Assembly (NCBI GenBank): GCA_964019425.1
Contig: OZ025788.1
Location: 372,001 to 436,000 of the forward strand
Source: Flectonema sp. DT1601
Taxonomy: Eukaryota
Length of the DNA stretch: 64,000 nucleotides
Direction of reading: 5' to 3'
Position 1 is the stretch's first letter, and the number at the start of each line of letters is the position of its first letter. Shown here piece after piece: positions 39,401-50,216 of the stretch. The notes beneath the pieces are model-generated. The model was not told where the DNA came from, did no database searches, and worked only from the letters and a program-made list of their open reading frames with translations. Made by a program: the position numbers and the translations under genes.

Positions 39401-39427
39401 GCCATGGGTGGATACACAGCTACATAA
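36422..39427 (+). CDS. Type II membrane protein with coiled-coil stalk and C-terminal FAD/NAD(P)-dependent oxidoreductase domain
   Basis: N-terminal anchor, coiled coil and Pro-rich linker, then two Rossmann motifs WAVIGAGPSG and VLVFGAGPSG. Confidence 0.85.
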   Translation: MKFRPLVVISLLVLYTIVLLTAMQRINLVDQQAPVVQKLQDETARSKEIKKRIEDSQQLLKNEFSQELQELRREISSLRDRDVEKTKAYNETIVGLEKKIQILNGNITSTYDFALRARIVADVANNKLLSLPEEIKRKFATPPPPGVTIGLPPGRGGKTPMPVPNPVCQQKLDQLKAEPYDWLSFGLETSRGEPVRPVDVTAGTLVLAVAVNSTMQQCLQISTSAIDLDPYIEQHRLKVNPPNSPCDKKLRERLSAMFGEPTDPHSDVWYIVSSRKYGSNGWLMIQIRPRKDFPTDRDFSAEFSFPVECFRILPTNGLDVPTKRIHIKSDITPTVKLAGDLREGLHDGVLADGGRLGTLIATHGLPWKFEDPNFQQGIRRYLSDTFGEPDAGSNDAILRGWDKSTLSFVLAPRQISTHQNGIRELSCSDVPTTLLEHSSPVKIIEKIQIEDVITPFSELTSDLLPKIAASDFVKGGGRLSFKLFAGVFFQTKEILFPLLQEELNRVYGPTSGSTDEINIVSPIELEITLGQRTINDMPWLIPKNDEAKTHSVLRLVLNPRMLLQTASNCPSKCFKAGLSGCTYHQYVPSVTDTQAEGIAPFPAVTVILPKKDETKPDLIFKWAVIGAGPSGTNGMGRVYDQMNGSNSQILWVDERGFKVGRLEGYHDVQSMNPCSDFLSYMNDYNCFKNFPLGESKKPLEAYEMNKKHCRLGFLSEPLLKATHLIRSQIVSITGRVSDMHKVWYNSTNQTNQNTSSDFVWSLRIGNSDPVWVTDGIIVAIGADHAAAQYPSNVTNDDIPTEIPFTTALNPGLMRSFINSNSQKSRNPNGKKHVLVFGAGPSGVVALHNLALSPEVGRVTHVAKFFRSEYTQLIPPKPDGTLLNLTRSVYNSKNVTDLFPDADFVVQCVGWRFPKFPFNGSLMPTGKSQSTYVSPKLFNIGVRHSPGQPKAQLFFISHLRSSSRPHANCAKNNSECMTRLIAPFPEDLQDPNKNAMGGYTAT

Positions 39428-40344
39428 TATTAATTGATCTTCGGAAGGTGAAAAATTATCTAAGAGTCCCTTCATACCGTAGCAGGCCAGATGATGCGAC
39501 ACTCAAGAACTGTTGTGGGCACGGTCGCTTGTACTCTACTGGTTTAACGCACTCCGGGAAAAAAAAAAAAAAAAAAAAAAAAAGAAGAATTCAAAAATGT
39601 TGTCTGTTTTGTTGACCTCGTTGGTAGGAAGTTTGTCATCTCAAACCCCCTAATTGGTTTTGAGATACTTTTATTTATTATTGTCGTGAGAACATTAGTT
39701 TGTTGTCATCTTTATATGGACGTGTTGTGCATCCTGCAGTCTCGTAAGAGTAGCTAATGCCGCATTCCTAATTTTTCGTTTTAGTCACTTGTGGACAATA
39801 GCTATTTTTACGAGGTCACAGTGGAGAATCTTTGAACAAACTACTGTTTTGAGCAACGACTGTGTGCGTTTTTTTTCCCTTCTTTTTTTAGATTTGTTGA
39901 GTTAAGAGAATTCAAAATGCTATGAACAAAAAAAAAAAAAAAAAAACTGGAATATAGAAAAAAAAAGAACGGAAAATGGCTGGCTCCACTCCAAGAAACT
40001 ACGAAAAATATAATAGTAAAAAAAAAAAAAAAAAGAGAGAGGGAACTGTAGCCACTACATCTTCAATAAGATGTTATGTTTTTCCTTAGTCATGCTGTGT
40101 TTAGACGATGGTTAATTTTTGCATTGATCAGAAGTAACCCTTGATCACCCCTTTCAGTGTCGCAACTGATTTCTGCTTGTCCGTGTTTTTCTGATCTCTT
40201 CCCTCATTCAAATACAACACTTCTACGTGAAGGGATGGTTGCCCACCTTCATAAGTAGTTTCTCAGATTTGAGGTTTAAAAGAAAAAGTTTATTTTCATT
40301 TATGAATTTCATTCAGGGAAGACAACAGATAATAATAAATATAT

Positions 40345-41472
40345 ATGGAGATTGCTGTTCTTAGTCAAATATGTTCAAAAATACATGATCTGAACACTGA
40401 GACAACAGAGCTGTTAGTGAAGACGCTTTGTAACTGTAATGATAGATTTGCGTGTTTTGATATTTGTAAAATACTGTTGGATATTTTAAGAGGCAAACCG
40501 TTACAAGAAACATGTTCATTAATTCTAAAACAGATTAGAAAAGAGACATTAGGTTCAGTAGAGGCTCTCGTCATGCTTAGTACTTTACTGGATGAGTCAG
40601 ATAGTTTCTTGCGTGTTGAATTGTCTGAAACAACAATAGCTCTATTACGTGAAATCATAAACAATAACAGCGACACTACCGTCTCTCAGTTGTTAACGCA
40701 TTCGGTTTTGTCAATAATGAAATGGATTCGTTTTTTTAGTTTTTCAGAAACATCGTCGATGATATTTAGTAACTCATCACATGTTATAAAACGAAGATGG
40801 CTTCAAACAGCTATTTCTGTTATACAAAACCCACCATCAGAACTGTACAAACAGGAACTCACAACGATGATTCTAACGTCACTGAACGACTCACCAACAT
40901 TGTTATCTCTTTTTGATGATCATTCCAGTGACAGTGATCATAGTCTTATCCCCTTACTTGGGATAAATGAAGAAACAGTTTACATGAATGCAAACATCAG
41001 TGCTTTAGTATGCTCAAGTCTTGTTGAAGGATCGCGCGAAGATATTCCTGATTGGATTCTACTGAGAGATTGTGAAAAGGATCGAAATGATGTAATTTCA
41101 GCAGCTCTCGGAACAGATGAAACACTTGTTTTGGTGATGTTGGTATCATTAAAGAGTGTCTCTTGTGGTAATAGTTATGTGAGAAAACTTTTATCTCCGG
41201 GAAGAATATTTTTTACTTTGCAATCACACTTATCAGTCTCAGCTACATCGGAATTGCTTATCGACCTCTTATCATCATCAGACCTGTCTCCTTCACTTCT
41301 TTCAGTATTACTATCTGTGCTGAAAACAACATCATCAACTAATTCTCCATTTCTCATACCTTTGTTCTCTGATCTTAACGCAAGACTACGCCGGGCAGCG
41401 GTTGGCATACCTTTTAGCATTCAACCTATTATTGCTAGGATAAATACCTGGTTGGTGGGAAGTACGTCATAG
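40345..41472 (+). CDS. Alpha-helical protein, possibly Lines (LINS1)-like
   Basis: Leu/Ser-rich helical ORF. C-terminal SPGRIFF...LLIDLLSS...PFSIQPIIARI resembles my recollection of the Lines C-terminal motifs; the family call is tentative. Confidence 0.6.
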   Translation: MEIAVLSQICSKIHDLNTETTELLVKTLCNCNDRFACFDICKILLDILRGKPLQETCSLILKQIRKETLGSVEALVMLSTLLDESDSFLRVELSETTIALLREIINNNSDTTVSQLLTHSVLSIMKWIRFFSFSETSSMIFSNSSHVIKRRWLQTAISVIQNPPSELYKQELTTMILTSLNDSPTLLSLFDDHSSDSDHSLIPLLGINEETVYMNANISALVCSSLVEGSREDIPDWILLRDCEKDRNDVISAALGTDETLVLVMLVSLKSVSCGNSYVRKLLSPGRIFFTLQSHLSVSATSELLIDLLSSSDLSPSLLSVLLSVLKTTSSTNSPFLIPLFSDLNARLRRAAVGIPFSIQPIIARINTWLVGSTS

Positions 41473-41662
41473 CCATTGTAGAAAGGTATGGCTCTTTAAA
41501 AAAACTATTTTTTTTTTTTAAATGTTCTTTTCCAGCTTACAAGATTATGTCACCATACGACAGAGTAATTTTCTGTTTGTGGTTTTTCTTTTTTCTGGTG
41601 CAATTATTTTTTTATTTTCAAAAACACAGAAGCAAAAAAAATCAAAAAAAAAAACCATCAAT

Positions 41663-42412
41663 ATGAGTGAATGTCAGCAAGCAATCAACCCACAAGTTGT
41701 AACATATGGAAGTAGTGGAGTACAGCCGATTCCAAATCAATACGTAGCTCCAGCACCACCGATGTACGATCCAAGACTAGCAATGCAATGCAAGGCGAGG
41801 AGATTCACTGATGAGGGTGGAAAATTTGTACTTCGTCATAGCAATGTGAGAGTTCATCTTATTTTGTGTGTTCTTATAGCTTCCATGTTGCCTATTATTA
41901 TAGTGATGTCGTGGAGTGTAGCACAGATTTCTTGCATTGCAGGATGCTCCGTCTTAGTAATATTAATATTTATTCTTTTGATTAAACTCGCATGGTACGA
42001 ATTAACCTTTTGTGACGACACAAGAACCGTCCACTACACGTTATCAGGTTGCGCGTCTAAGAATGTTGTTGTGAAGTATGATGATATTGTATCTGTGCTT
42101 GCAACGGCAAGTGGTAATAGACGCGTTCAATACACATATGCTTTAGCTACTATTGGATCTGGTAATTTATTATTTCTAAGAACGAAGGATTGTTACGAGG
42201 AGAGTGAATTCAATGCGTTTATTCAAGAACGGAAGATGGGTTTTGTTAATATCCCTGCTACTCATCCTCCTGCTCCTCACCCTCCTGCTCCTTCTGCACC
42301 ACTAGCACCTTCAGCTCCTTCAGCTGCAGCCCCTCTTACGAATTCAAATTATCAGAGTTATGCTACTATTGCTGTTGGTATTCCTGTGTCACAGGCACCA
42401 GCTGATATGTAG
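41663..42412 (+). CDS. Small protein with two transmembrane helices and a Pro/Ala-rich tail
   Basis: Likely start MSECQQ at 41663, since the upstream ORF part is T/A tract. Two hydrophobic helices follow. Confidence 0.8.
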   Translation: MSECQQAINPQVVTYGSSGVQPIPNQYVAPAPPMYDPRLAMQCKARRFTDEGGKFVLRHSNVRVHLILCVLIASMLPIIIVMSWSVAQISCIAGCSVLVILIFILLIKLAWYELTFCDDTRTVHYTLSGCASKNVVVKYDDIVSVLATASGNRRVQYTYALATIGSGNLLFLRTKDCYEESEFNAFIQERKMGFVNIPATHPPAPHPPAPSAPLAPSAPSAAAPLTNSNYQSYATIAVGIPVSQAPADM

Positions 42413-42920
42413 TCTTTGTTTCTCTTATGTATTCTTGTTTCTCTCAATTTTTGTTTCGGTTGAGCTCGTCCTTGAGATAAACGATCGTCAAACTTTGGCA
42501 TCTTCTTATAATCTCAAAAGAAATGAAAAAAAAAAAACTAATCAGTACCGATTGAAAATAATGTCACTTATGTGCATATTTTTTTTTTTTTTTTTCATTC
42601 TCGGAATTTATCGATAATTATAAAGAAAGTCGTTGGATTAAATAATTAAAATACGAACAACCCATCGAGGTATATTATCGTTTGTTTTTTTCTTTTTCTT
42701 TTTCTTTCTTAGATTGATTAAGAACAAAAAACGTCACTGAAGTCATCATTGACTTTTGGTTTTCTCTTTTTTCCAACAACGCTCTTCATCTTTCCTGCTA
42801 TGTTAGTTCCCTTGAGGAGGTGTTTTTTTTCTCGAAGCATTGTAAAAAAAATACTTCGATCAATTTACTCTCGCTTACGCTAAAAAAGTGATCCTCTCGG
42901 GGATCAGGTTCGACATAAAG

Positions 42921-43013
42921 TCGTAGTATTGGGGACTCGCAGGTGGTTAACCGTTCCACCCTGTTGTGTCTATCTAACCAGTACTCGATGGTATGTCGGG
43001 CTCGCTAACTAAC
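42921..43013 (+). repeat. Solo copy of the 110-bp satellite unit
   Basis: GTAGTATTGGGGACTCGCAGGTGGTTAACCG...GGGCTCGCTAACTAACT is nearly identical to the unit at 53208-53908. Confidence 0.95.
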
Positions 43014-43304
43014 TAATTTAAAAAAAAACAGTTTTTTTAGATATCCTCTTCGTCTTTTTTTTAAAAAAAAAAACAAAAAAAATCGTATTTCTTTCCTTTT
43101 TCCAAACTGAACGAAGACAGCTAAGCTTGCCTTTGTCGAGTTATTCTTTATCGACCAGTTTATTTTAAAATCTGCTGCTATCTTTTTTAGTCGTTGTTGA
43201 CAGCATATAACATCTCCATGATGCTTCGAATCAAACTTCTTTGATGGGAAGTACAAAAATGTTTGAGATGACTCGTGGCTGTCTGTTACGTGTCCTCTAC
43301 TCAC

Positions 43305-43490
43305 CATTAGCAACATATATTCCTGTTACAGAACTTGATAGAGAACTGTTTTTTTTGAAACAAAAATAATGGAAGTATAATCTCACTTCTTTTTACAGTA
43401 AATGAGAAATGTTTGGCTGTTGGCCGTCTAGGTTGCTATAGTAGTGTTGCTGAATGGAGCGTCGAATATGACACAACATGTGTTTCCAAA
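43305..43490 (+). pseudogene. Truncated duplicate of the upstream region and first codons of the SGNH esterase gene at 54682
   Basis: Matches 54586-54790, including ATGAGAAATGTTTGGCTG. It has a premature TAG, an internal deletion and then breaks off. Confidence 0.88.
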
Positions 43491-43507
43491 TTGGTCCAAA
43501 CATACTC

Positions 43508-44008
43508 ACCTTTTTTTTTTGACTAAGTCTAACATAAAAAAAGAATCAGCAATCTCACTAAATAATTCAGTGGTTTTGGTTTCCCAGGACTCACAACTAT
43601 TTAAGTAATTGAATAACTCGATTCCGTACTGCACTGAATGCACACCCAAGCCTGAATCCGAAAGGAATTGTGGTGCAAGCTATTGTGGGGATCTGGTGGT
43701 GTTCGGACAAGTCTCCTGGAATGGGGTCACCAAAGAGGGTGAGAGTCCCGTACATCTGAGCAGCCATCCAGTCTACCTTCACAGTCAGCAAACACGAAAA
43801 AAAAGAAATGTGTATGCAGCTAAGTTAGAAACATTTAATTTTATGTAAACCTCTCGTACTAACATTACCTTTAATCACTGTATTATAACTAATGTTTGTT
43901 TTAATTAACTTTGGTACAATACAGATATTTATTTGTTCGTAACATTTCGACCCACAAAATTACTATCCAAAAGACCCAAACCCGGTACTGGGGAGCCCCC
44001 CTAACTGC
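43508..44008 (+). repeat. Duplicated non-coding segment (other copy 59302-59619; partial copy 5832-5898)
   Basis: Near-identical to 59302-59619 apart from a ~174-bp extra block at 43641-43814. Confidence 0.92.
43641..43814 (+). pseudogene. LSU (28S) rRNA D1-region fragment
   Basis: AAGTCTCCTGGAATGGGGTCACCAAAGAGGGTGAGAGTCCCGT matches the conserved eukaryotic D1 motif AAGT..CTTGGAA.AGG.....AGAGGGTGAGA.TCCCGT, preceded by CCCAAGCCTGAATCC...GAATTGTGG. Confidence 0.8.
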
Positions 44009-44027
44009 CTGTAAACACAATGTTGAG

Positions 44028-44287
44028 TGACTAACTGTACTGACTAACTGTACTGACTAACTGTACTGACTAACTGTACTGACTAACTGTACTGACTAAC
44101 TGTACTGACTAACTGTACTGACTAACTGTACTGACTAACTGTACTGACTAACTGTACTGACTAACTGTACTGACTAACTGTACTGACTAACTGTACTGAC
44201 TAACTGTACTGACTAACTGTACTGACTAACTGTACTGACTAACTGTACTGACTAACTGTACTGACTAACTGTACTGACTAACTGTAC
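44028..44287. repeat. Perfect minisatellite (TGACTAACTGTAC)x20
   Basis: 13-bp period over 260 bp, read directly. Confidence 0.98.
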
Positions 44288-45054
44288 TTGATAACTTGAA
44301 GAACTTGTTGATAACTTGAATACGAGGTTTTGTGCCGTCAGGTACGTACTGTTGCTGTGGCGAAGGTTATCCTGGCAAGGCGGTGGAGTTACAATCCTGC
44401 ACCCAGAAGATTGATTTTCCGATCATAAACAACAAGCCCTCCTTTGATTCACACCACATTCGTTCGGTCAGGGTAGGTCTTTGGGCCAATTAAGCGTCTG
44501 ACCAACGTTCCAGAGTGTCTGCCCCATATATCCCCTCTATCTCTTCCGTCCGGCTTCATCCCTGGAAGTCATTTTTGCATACAACGATTGATGCATCTTC
44601 GTTAGGGCCACTACATTACCAACGAGGTGCTTCAGTGGGTGCTTGTACAGCTGTTGCCAATGTAAGGGCAGTTAGTGCCACTGTAACACCCACCTCCATA
44701 AGAGACCTTAAACGATGTGCGGGTGGTTTGAGGCAATGATGTTGACAGTACAAGCCAGGTGGTCAAGAGACATGTGGTGCAAGAACGTCCAAAATAATCT
44801 GAGAAAAACTCTTTGTGAACTTGTCACGCGTCCCAAAGGTGTCCCCCATCAGAAGCAGGCATGTTTGTTTAGAATAAAATTGTGAGGAATTTAAAATTAC
44901 TCAACATATTTTTCAGGGGAAAAAAAAGTCTGCCTTAAATTCGGCAAGTTCGATTCCAGGTGGCGGATTTTTTAACCACAGGCCGCAAGGCACTTTTTTT
45001 GTATAGAGGTGGCGGTTTCGGAAACTTTTGTCTGGATTAGAGGTTTTCCCAAAA

Positions 45055-48000
45055 AAAATTAAAATAAAATAAAACTCACCATGATGCAGCATTTCATTCT
45101 TACTTTTGCTGGCAAGATATAACTACAGGGTATGAGGGGCTCAACCTACGTTGTCGTCGAATTGTCAGATTCAATAAAGATCCGACTCAGTTGTGATTTT
45201 ATTAAAGTTTGTTTGAAGTTAAGTTATTTAATTGTCAGAGAAACGAAAAATGATGGTGCCAATAGTGTTAGCAAACGTGGTTCTTGCTTCAAAGTCACTC
45301 TGATGACATATTTTGCTTATAATTTCTTTTTCTTCAGACGCTGGGGCAAATGTTGGTATTCTTTCTGTTGTTGGCACTCCATTTCTCAATGACTGTCGGT
45401 TGGTCGGGTTCTACAAGTGCAGGATCTACGTCTACAATTGATATTAATGTCCGCAGTCTTTCGATGAGAGTCCGACAAGTGTACTTCAAATTCAGTCCAA
45501 GTTCTGGAGCCTGCGCTTTAATTTCAAAAAAAAGCAAATTCGATGTCCGACTTAGTTCCTGTGGAAAGTTGACTGACGTCCACTCGGGGAACATCGATTA
45601 TACTGCGGGAACACAGTTTGCAGTTGACGCTAGATTGCGATGTACTTCATCAAGCAAATGGTACCTCGAATTTCGAAATAACAATACCAACTGTAAAACA
45701 AATTGGGAAATCAGACTACCATCGTGGGAGTGCGATTCTGCCGGTCCGAATAAAGCTAACGAGTGTCTTCTTCGTTATAGAACAATTCCTCATAAACAAA
45801 ATGGTCCTGTTGTTGTAGGAACGGTAGTGAAATCAACTATCGAAGTCCTTGATGATCCGTATTCATCAAATAACCTATTAGTAGGATTGTCTTCATCACT
45901 TTTGTTTAATTCTATAACACCTTTTCCGATTGCAATAACGTCAAAAGGGACGACAACATTGGAGTCAACAATAACAACATCAAGTGTTGGGATGACAGAC
46001 TTTTGTGTTGATGTTAATGGACCTGCATTATCACAATATTATAATTTGGGTACTGGGTGTAAACCAATTGAAGTTTACGGACTGACTAATGCACCGCCTA
46101 CGTTAGTTCCAACACTCATTCCTACTGACTTACCAACTATTGTTCCAACTGATGTCCCTCCAACTGCTGTACCGACGAACATACCGACAGCTGTACCGAC
46201 TTTAGTTCCTACTACTATTCCTACCACTATTCCTACGCTGATTCCGACAAGTATTCCGACGACAATCCCAAGAACAGCTCAGCCAACTTTGATTCCAACA
46301 TCAGTACCACTAACTCAGATACCGATTACATCAAAACCAGCTGTGCCGGATTCATTGGGTACGGGCGATGCTGGAGGAGGTGTTAGTTTTACTGCATCTG
46401 TTGGTTCTCTTGTAGCAGGTTCTGGAGCTGGTGGAGCTCTATCAAAAACAATGGTTATTGCTAATCAAATAAAATGTACTGATGGTGTCCCCTCAGACGG
46501 CCTTCCTTTTATAGTTCACCCTCTGATCTTCGCAATAAAGGGAAACTACTGGGCTGGTGCTGTGATTGGAAATATTTCGTTGTGTCTATTCTCGTATATA
46601 TTTTTATATTTATTCGTTTTTATTATGAAGCGAAGGAATCCAGACAAAGACATTACCCTGACCATGAGGTATCCTGGAGTCTTGATTCCAGCCTCATTAA
46701 TTCTGTACCCATCAATCCTGCAGTATTCTGGTCTGCTGTTGATATATTCACACACTGCAGTTATGAAGATCGTGGGGGTATCAGGAATTTCATTTTGTAT
46801 AATTTTTATGGCTTTGGTGATGACGATATTCAGATGTAATCATAACAAATGTGCATATCGACAACGTTCGGAGGAGCATTACACTCCATTCGTTGCCTAT
46901 GCTCTTGGATGTGGTGCTTGGGAAGCTGTTGATGAGGATGACTACTATGTAGAAAGAATGGGAACCGGTTTTGATATTTATTGTTATATAAAACACTTAC
47001 GAGGTCACTATATTGTTATTGAATATGGTCCAGTCCCACTCCTGGTAGGAGCGGCATGGATATCAACGAACAATGTGTGGTATTGTACTGTACGGATTTC
47101 TGTTTTATTTTTTGCAACGTTTGTTCAATTGATCTACGTATGGAAGTTTAGAGTTTACATTGCCCCCTTACTAACTCATCTACACGTTTTAACAAATTCT
47201 TTAATTAGTTCTGCATTATTATTAGAACTTGTTTCTATTCATGCGTATGGTGAAAGTGATAATTGGGCTGATTCAATAAGTACCAACTTAATGACTGCTA
47301 GTGTCAGTTTGGTTCTTTTACGATGTGCTTACGACTGTCTTCAATACGTTGTTGATATTGTATCTGGTTATAAGAGACTAATTATTCAAGAATCACACAA
47401 TGATTCTCCTCAATTTGAAAAAGAAAATGTTAGCTGTACATCAGCAAGTGATATGATGATGCCTTTAATGCCTTTATCTAATCGGCATTCTTCCGAAGCA
47501 AGTAGCCAACCGAATCTTGCGTTTGTTAATATGGAATACAACCTACTACACTGTAAGTTTGGTGACAGTGATAACGAAGGTTGTGAAGTTATTCCTTTTC
47601 ATAACATCCAACCAGTTGATGACATGCTTAGTGGATTCATTAAAACGTCTCTGTAGAAAATATATCGGTCTTTCTTTTTTTTTTCCACTAATTTTTTTCA
47701 ATCGAGGCGGCATTATAGTGCGCTGCATCACTCGGTTCATTTCTGTCTAAAATTCTGGGAGGTTGGAGAACATCGAACAAAAAGCTATTACAGAGTACGA
47801 GCATGTGTAGGTGAAATATACTACGTTCATGATCAGATCATCATCGCAGTTAGTGTTAGTGAAGGAGCTCTCAGACTCGAAGGAAGTGCTATCCTGTTCT
47901 TCAGATAAAGGCAAAATTATCTCCCGCGGGGAGGTTCTCTAGGAGCTGCAACAGTTTTCTAACGCAATTGCTAGCATGAGAAGAACTGGGTCAAAGGCAC

Positions 48001-48393
48001 ACTTGGGAAGGAGGAAAAAAGAAAGTTGAAAAGGAATAAACTATAAAACTGGGGCTGTTTTTTACTCAGATTATCTCGATCGTTCCATTCCAGGTCCGGG
48101 ATTAATATTTATCATTGAGTAGGAAATCCTGCAAGGAGAGGTTAATATCCCTTTAGTGTCACTAAATATGTGTAAAAGTGCATATACAATCGAACCCTCC
48201 CCGATTCCAAAAAAAAAAAATCATGATGTGTTTACTCCAGGTGGTGCGTTTTTTGGTCGCAAAAATAATTTTGACTGATGTATATTTATTTTTTTTCTTC
48301 TGATCAAATTTATCAAAAAAAAAAAAATAAAAAATAAAAAAATATTCCACTCTTTTATTGATAAAATAAATAAGTAAATAAATCTGTATAAGT
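45055..48393 (+). repeat. Segmental duplication copy 1 (copy 2 at ~60610 to beyond 64000)
   Basis: Near-identical flanks and CDS between the two locations. Confidence 0.97.
45350..47656 (+). CDS. Surface protein: signal peptide, Cys-containing ectodomain, PT-rich mucin-like stalk and multi-pass membrane domain (copy 1)
   Basis: 768-aa ORF with a hydrophobic N-terminus, PTxV/PTxI repeats and about 7 hydrophobic helices. Confidence 0.92.
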   Translation: MLVFFLLLALHFSMTVGWSGSTSAGSTSTIDINVRSLSMRVRQVYFKFSPSSGACALISKKSKFDVRLSSCGKLTDVHSGNIDYTAGTQFAVDARLRCTSSSKWYLEFRNNNTNCKTNWEIRLPSWECDSAGPNKANECLLRYRTIPHKQNGPVVVGTVVKSTIEVLDDPYSSNNLLVGLSSSLLFNSITPFPIAITSKGTTTLESTITTSSVGMTDFCVDVNGPALSQYYNLGTGCKPIEVYGLTNAPPTLVPTLIPTDLPTIVPTDVPPTAVPTNIPTAVPTLVPTTIPTTIPTLIPTSIPTTIPRTAQPTLIPTSVPLTQIPITSKPAVPDSLGTGDAGGGVSFTASVGSLVAGSGAGGALSKTMVIANQIKCTDGVPSDGLPFIVHPLIFAIKGNYWAGAVIGNISLCLFSYIFLYLFVFIMKRRNPDKDITLTMRYPGVLIPASLILYPSILQYSGLLLIYSHTAVMKIVGVSGISFCIIFMALVMTIFRCNHNKCAYRQRSEEHYTPFVAYALGCGAWEAVDEDDYYVERMGTGFDIYCYIKHLRGHYIVIEYGPVPLLVGAAWISTNNVWYCTVRISVLFFATFVQLIYVWKFRVYIAPLLTHLHVLTNSLISSALLLELVSIHAYGESDNWADSISTNLMTASVSLVLLRCAYDCLQYVVDIVSGYKRLIIQESHNDSPQFEKENVSCTSASDMMMPLMPLSNRHSSEASSQPNLAFVNMEYNLLHCKFGDSDNEGCEVIPFHNIQPVDDMLSGFIKTSL

Positions 48394-48731
48394 TCCTTTT
48401 AATAAGATTTTTATTTTATATTTTATCTCTCTCTCTCTACGCTTGCGGTGAAAAGCATATTGTAGTCTGCTCCAGTGGTGGCCTGAGATCAAGGGAGGCA
48501 CACTGGCTTACATTCGACGCAGTCTCTGCAATCCCTGATCCTGGCTTGCGTGTTGTCTAGACTTGGCTGAATTCAAAGTTGACTACAAGCCAAAGACATG
48601 GTTCTGGATATATCTTAATTAGTACCCTCTATGGTGTGGTGTATCATCTGTGCATGTCACTGGAGCCCTAGTCGATGCGGACACATTTTTTTATACAGGG
48701 GTTCGTCATAGAGGCAAGAGAGTAGAGCTAC

Positions 48732-48895
48732 GTTGCCTGTGGGGCAGCAGCGTGCACCGAAGCCAAGGATGCAGGATGGACTCCTCGACCATATCGTAAA
48801 ATAAATTAATTAAAATTAAATTTAAACGACGGTTTTAGATGCAAAAGCAGATACGGATTTTCACTTGTGGGTCTTTTCTTTGCCTCTCGCTTCGC
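48732..48895 (+). repeat. Short duplicated segment (other copy 51067-51230)
   Basis: GTTGCCTGTGGGGCAGC...CTCCTCGACC and AAACGACGGTTTTAGATGC...GTGGGTCT occur at both sites. Confidence 0.9.
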
Positions 48896-49172
48896 TCGTG
48901 AGGTAAACACACTCGAGTGGGTAAAAACCCTGAAATTCAGGCTATCTGATCTTCGTCTAGTAGTTATTAGTTTTTTCGAACGAAAAAAACTTGTGAACAA
49001 AAAAAAAAAAAAAAAATCATGTCAGGTATTCTTCGGGTTGCGTTCCATTTTTTATTCTTCTTTTTTCCCTTGTCATCTATTTTTCCCAACTGCATAAAAA
49101 GGATATTAACAAGGCATTGTGATTTAACTATCACTCATTATCTGTTTGAGAATATTTTTGGTAGTCAGTTGC

Positions 49173-49240
49173 GGAATGAGGTACCCAGAACTCACTGATG
49201 AAATCAAGGAGATAATTTAGAAAAAAATATGGAACAGCAG
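49173..49240 (+). repeat. Heavily deleted family 2 copy
   Basis: GGAATGAGGTACCCAGAACTCACTGATGAA followed by ATGGAACAGCAG, matching the head and tail of the 53985/56154 copies. Confidence 0.65.
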
Positions 49241-49416
49241 CATTATTTTCTTTTATTTTTGTTGCACCCGACACAAGTCAGTTAGCAGAGCTATTCGAAT
49301 AAACGATGCGTCTTTCTTGTCGAATGCTTTCGCAGAAGGTCGTCTTCCCACGATCTAAGAATTTCACCTCTGACGTCGACCAGTGTTGCTGTCATGTGAT
49401 CAACAGATCATAATAA

Positions 49417-49960
49417 GTTAGACTGCAATCAAATTCCCTCTCCTTTTATTTCATGAGAGTGAGATCCCCAGGGAGTTAGGAAAAAAAAAGAAGGGATCTC
49501 ATTAATTATTGTTATTCGTTAGTTCGTTCGTTTTTTTTCTTCTTTTTTTTTTTCCCCGCACTGAAAATATCTAATTAGAGTTGTTACGTAAACGATGCGG
49601 ATTCAGAGGATGAGAAGATTTTTTAGTGTGTATGTGTGTGTTTTTTTTGCGCAAAAATAATCTCATTCATGAGCAGGTGTTCGACCGATTTTTTTCTTTT
49701 GGTTTAAGTCTTCCGACTTTTTTAACTCAAGAAATCAACGAATTCGGAAAAACTGCAGGCTCCTTCGCTAATTGTTTCGTAGCTTCTTATTAGGTAGCAT
49801 TTCTTCTTGTGCATCTTCCTCTCCTTATTTTTCTGCCGAACGTTTTTAGCTTTGTTTTCCTCCTCCTTTTTGTACAAGACCTCAGAGGAAGTATCAAATT
49901 ACCTTTCCAAGGGGCTATATTGGCGAAATTAGTTCTTGTCATGCGTGCTTTTTGAATTGA
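49417..49960 (+). repeat. ~540-bp non-coding duplication (other copy 51296-51852)
   Basis: Near-identical from GTTAGACTGCAATCAAATTCC to GTCATGCGTGCTTTTTGAATT. Confidence 0.95.
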
Positions 49961-50216
49961 ATAATTTTGACTGTTATGTTTTTTTTTCTCTTTTTCTGAT
50001 TAAATTTTATCAAAAAAAGAAAAAAAAAACAAACTTTTCTGATCAAATTGCAACTGTCCTACGAAAATTTTGCTTGCCGAAAGAAATGTCTTCGTACGTC
50101 TGGCGGTGCCATGAGACTCGGACACATCTATAGAATACCGTCTGAGCATGAGTGGAAACCTTTTTATTTTTTTATCATTCATTCTCCATAAACATAACTC
50201 AGCCCCACTAATTTTG

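Noticed and set aside
44028..44287. Interstitial telomeric repeat
   Set aside because: The 13-bp unit has no G/C run and does not resemble TTAGGG
44930..44975. tRNA gene (GTTCGATTCC box B-like motif)
   Set aside because: No acceptor stem, D arm or anticodon arm can be folded; at most a tRNA-derived fragment
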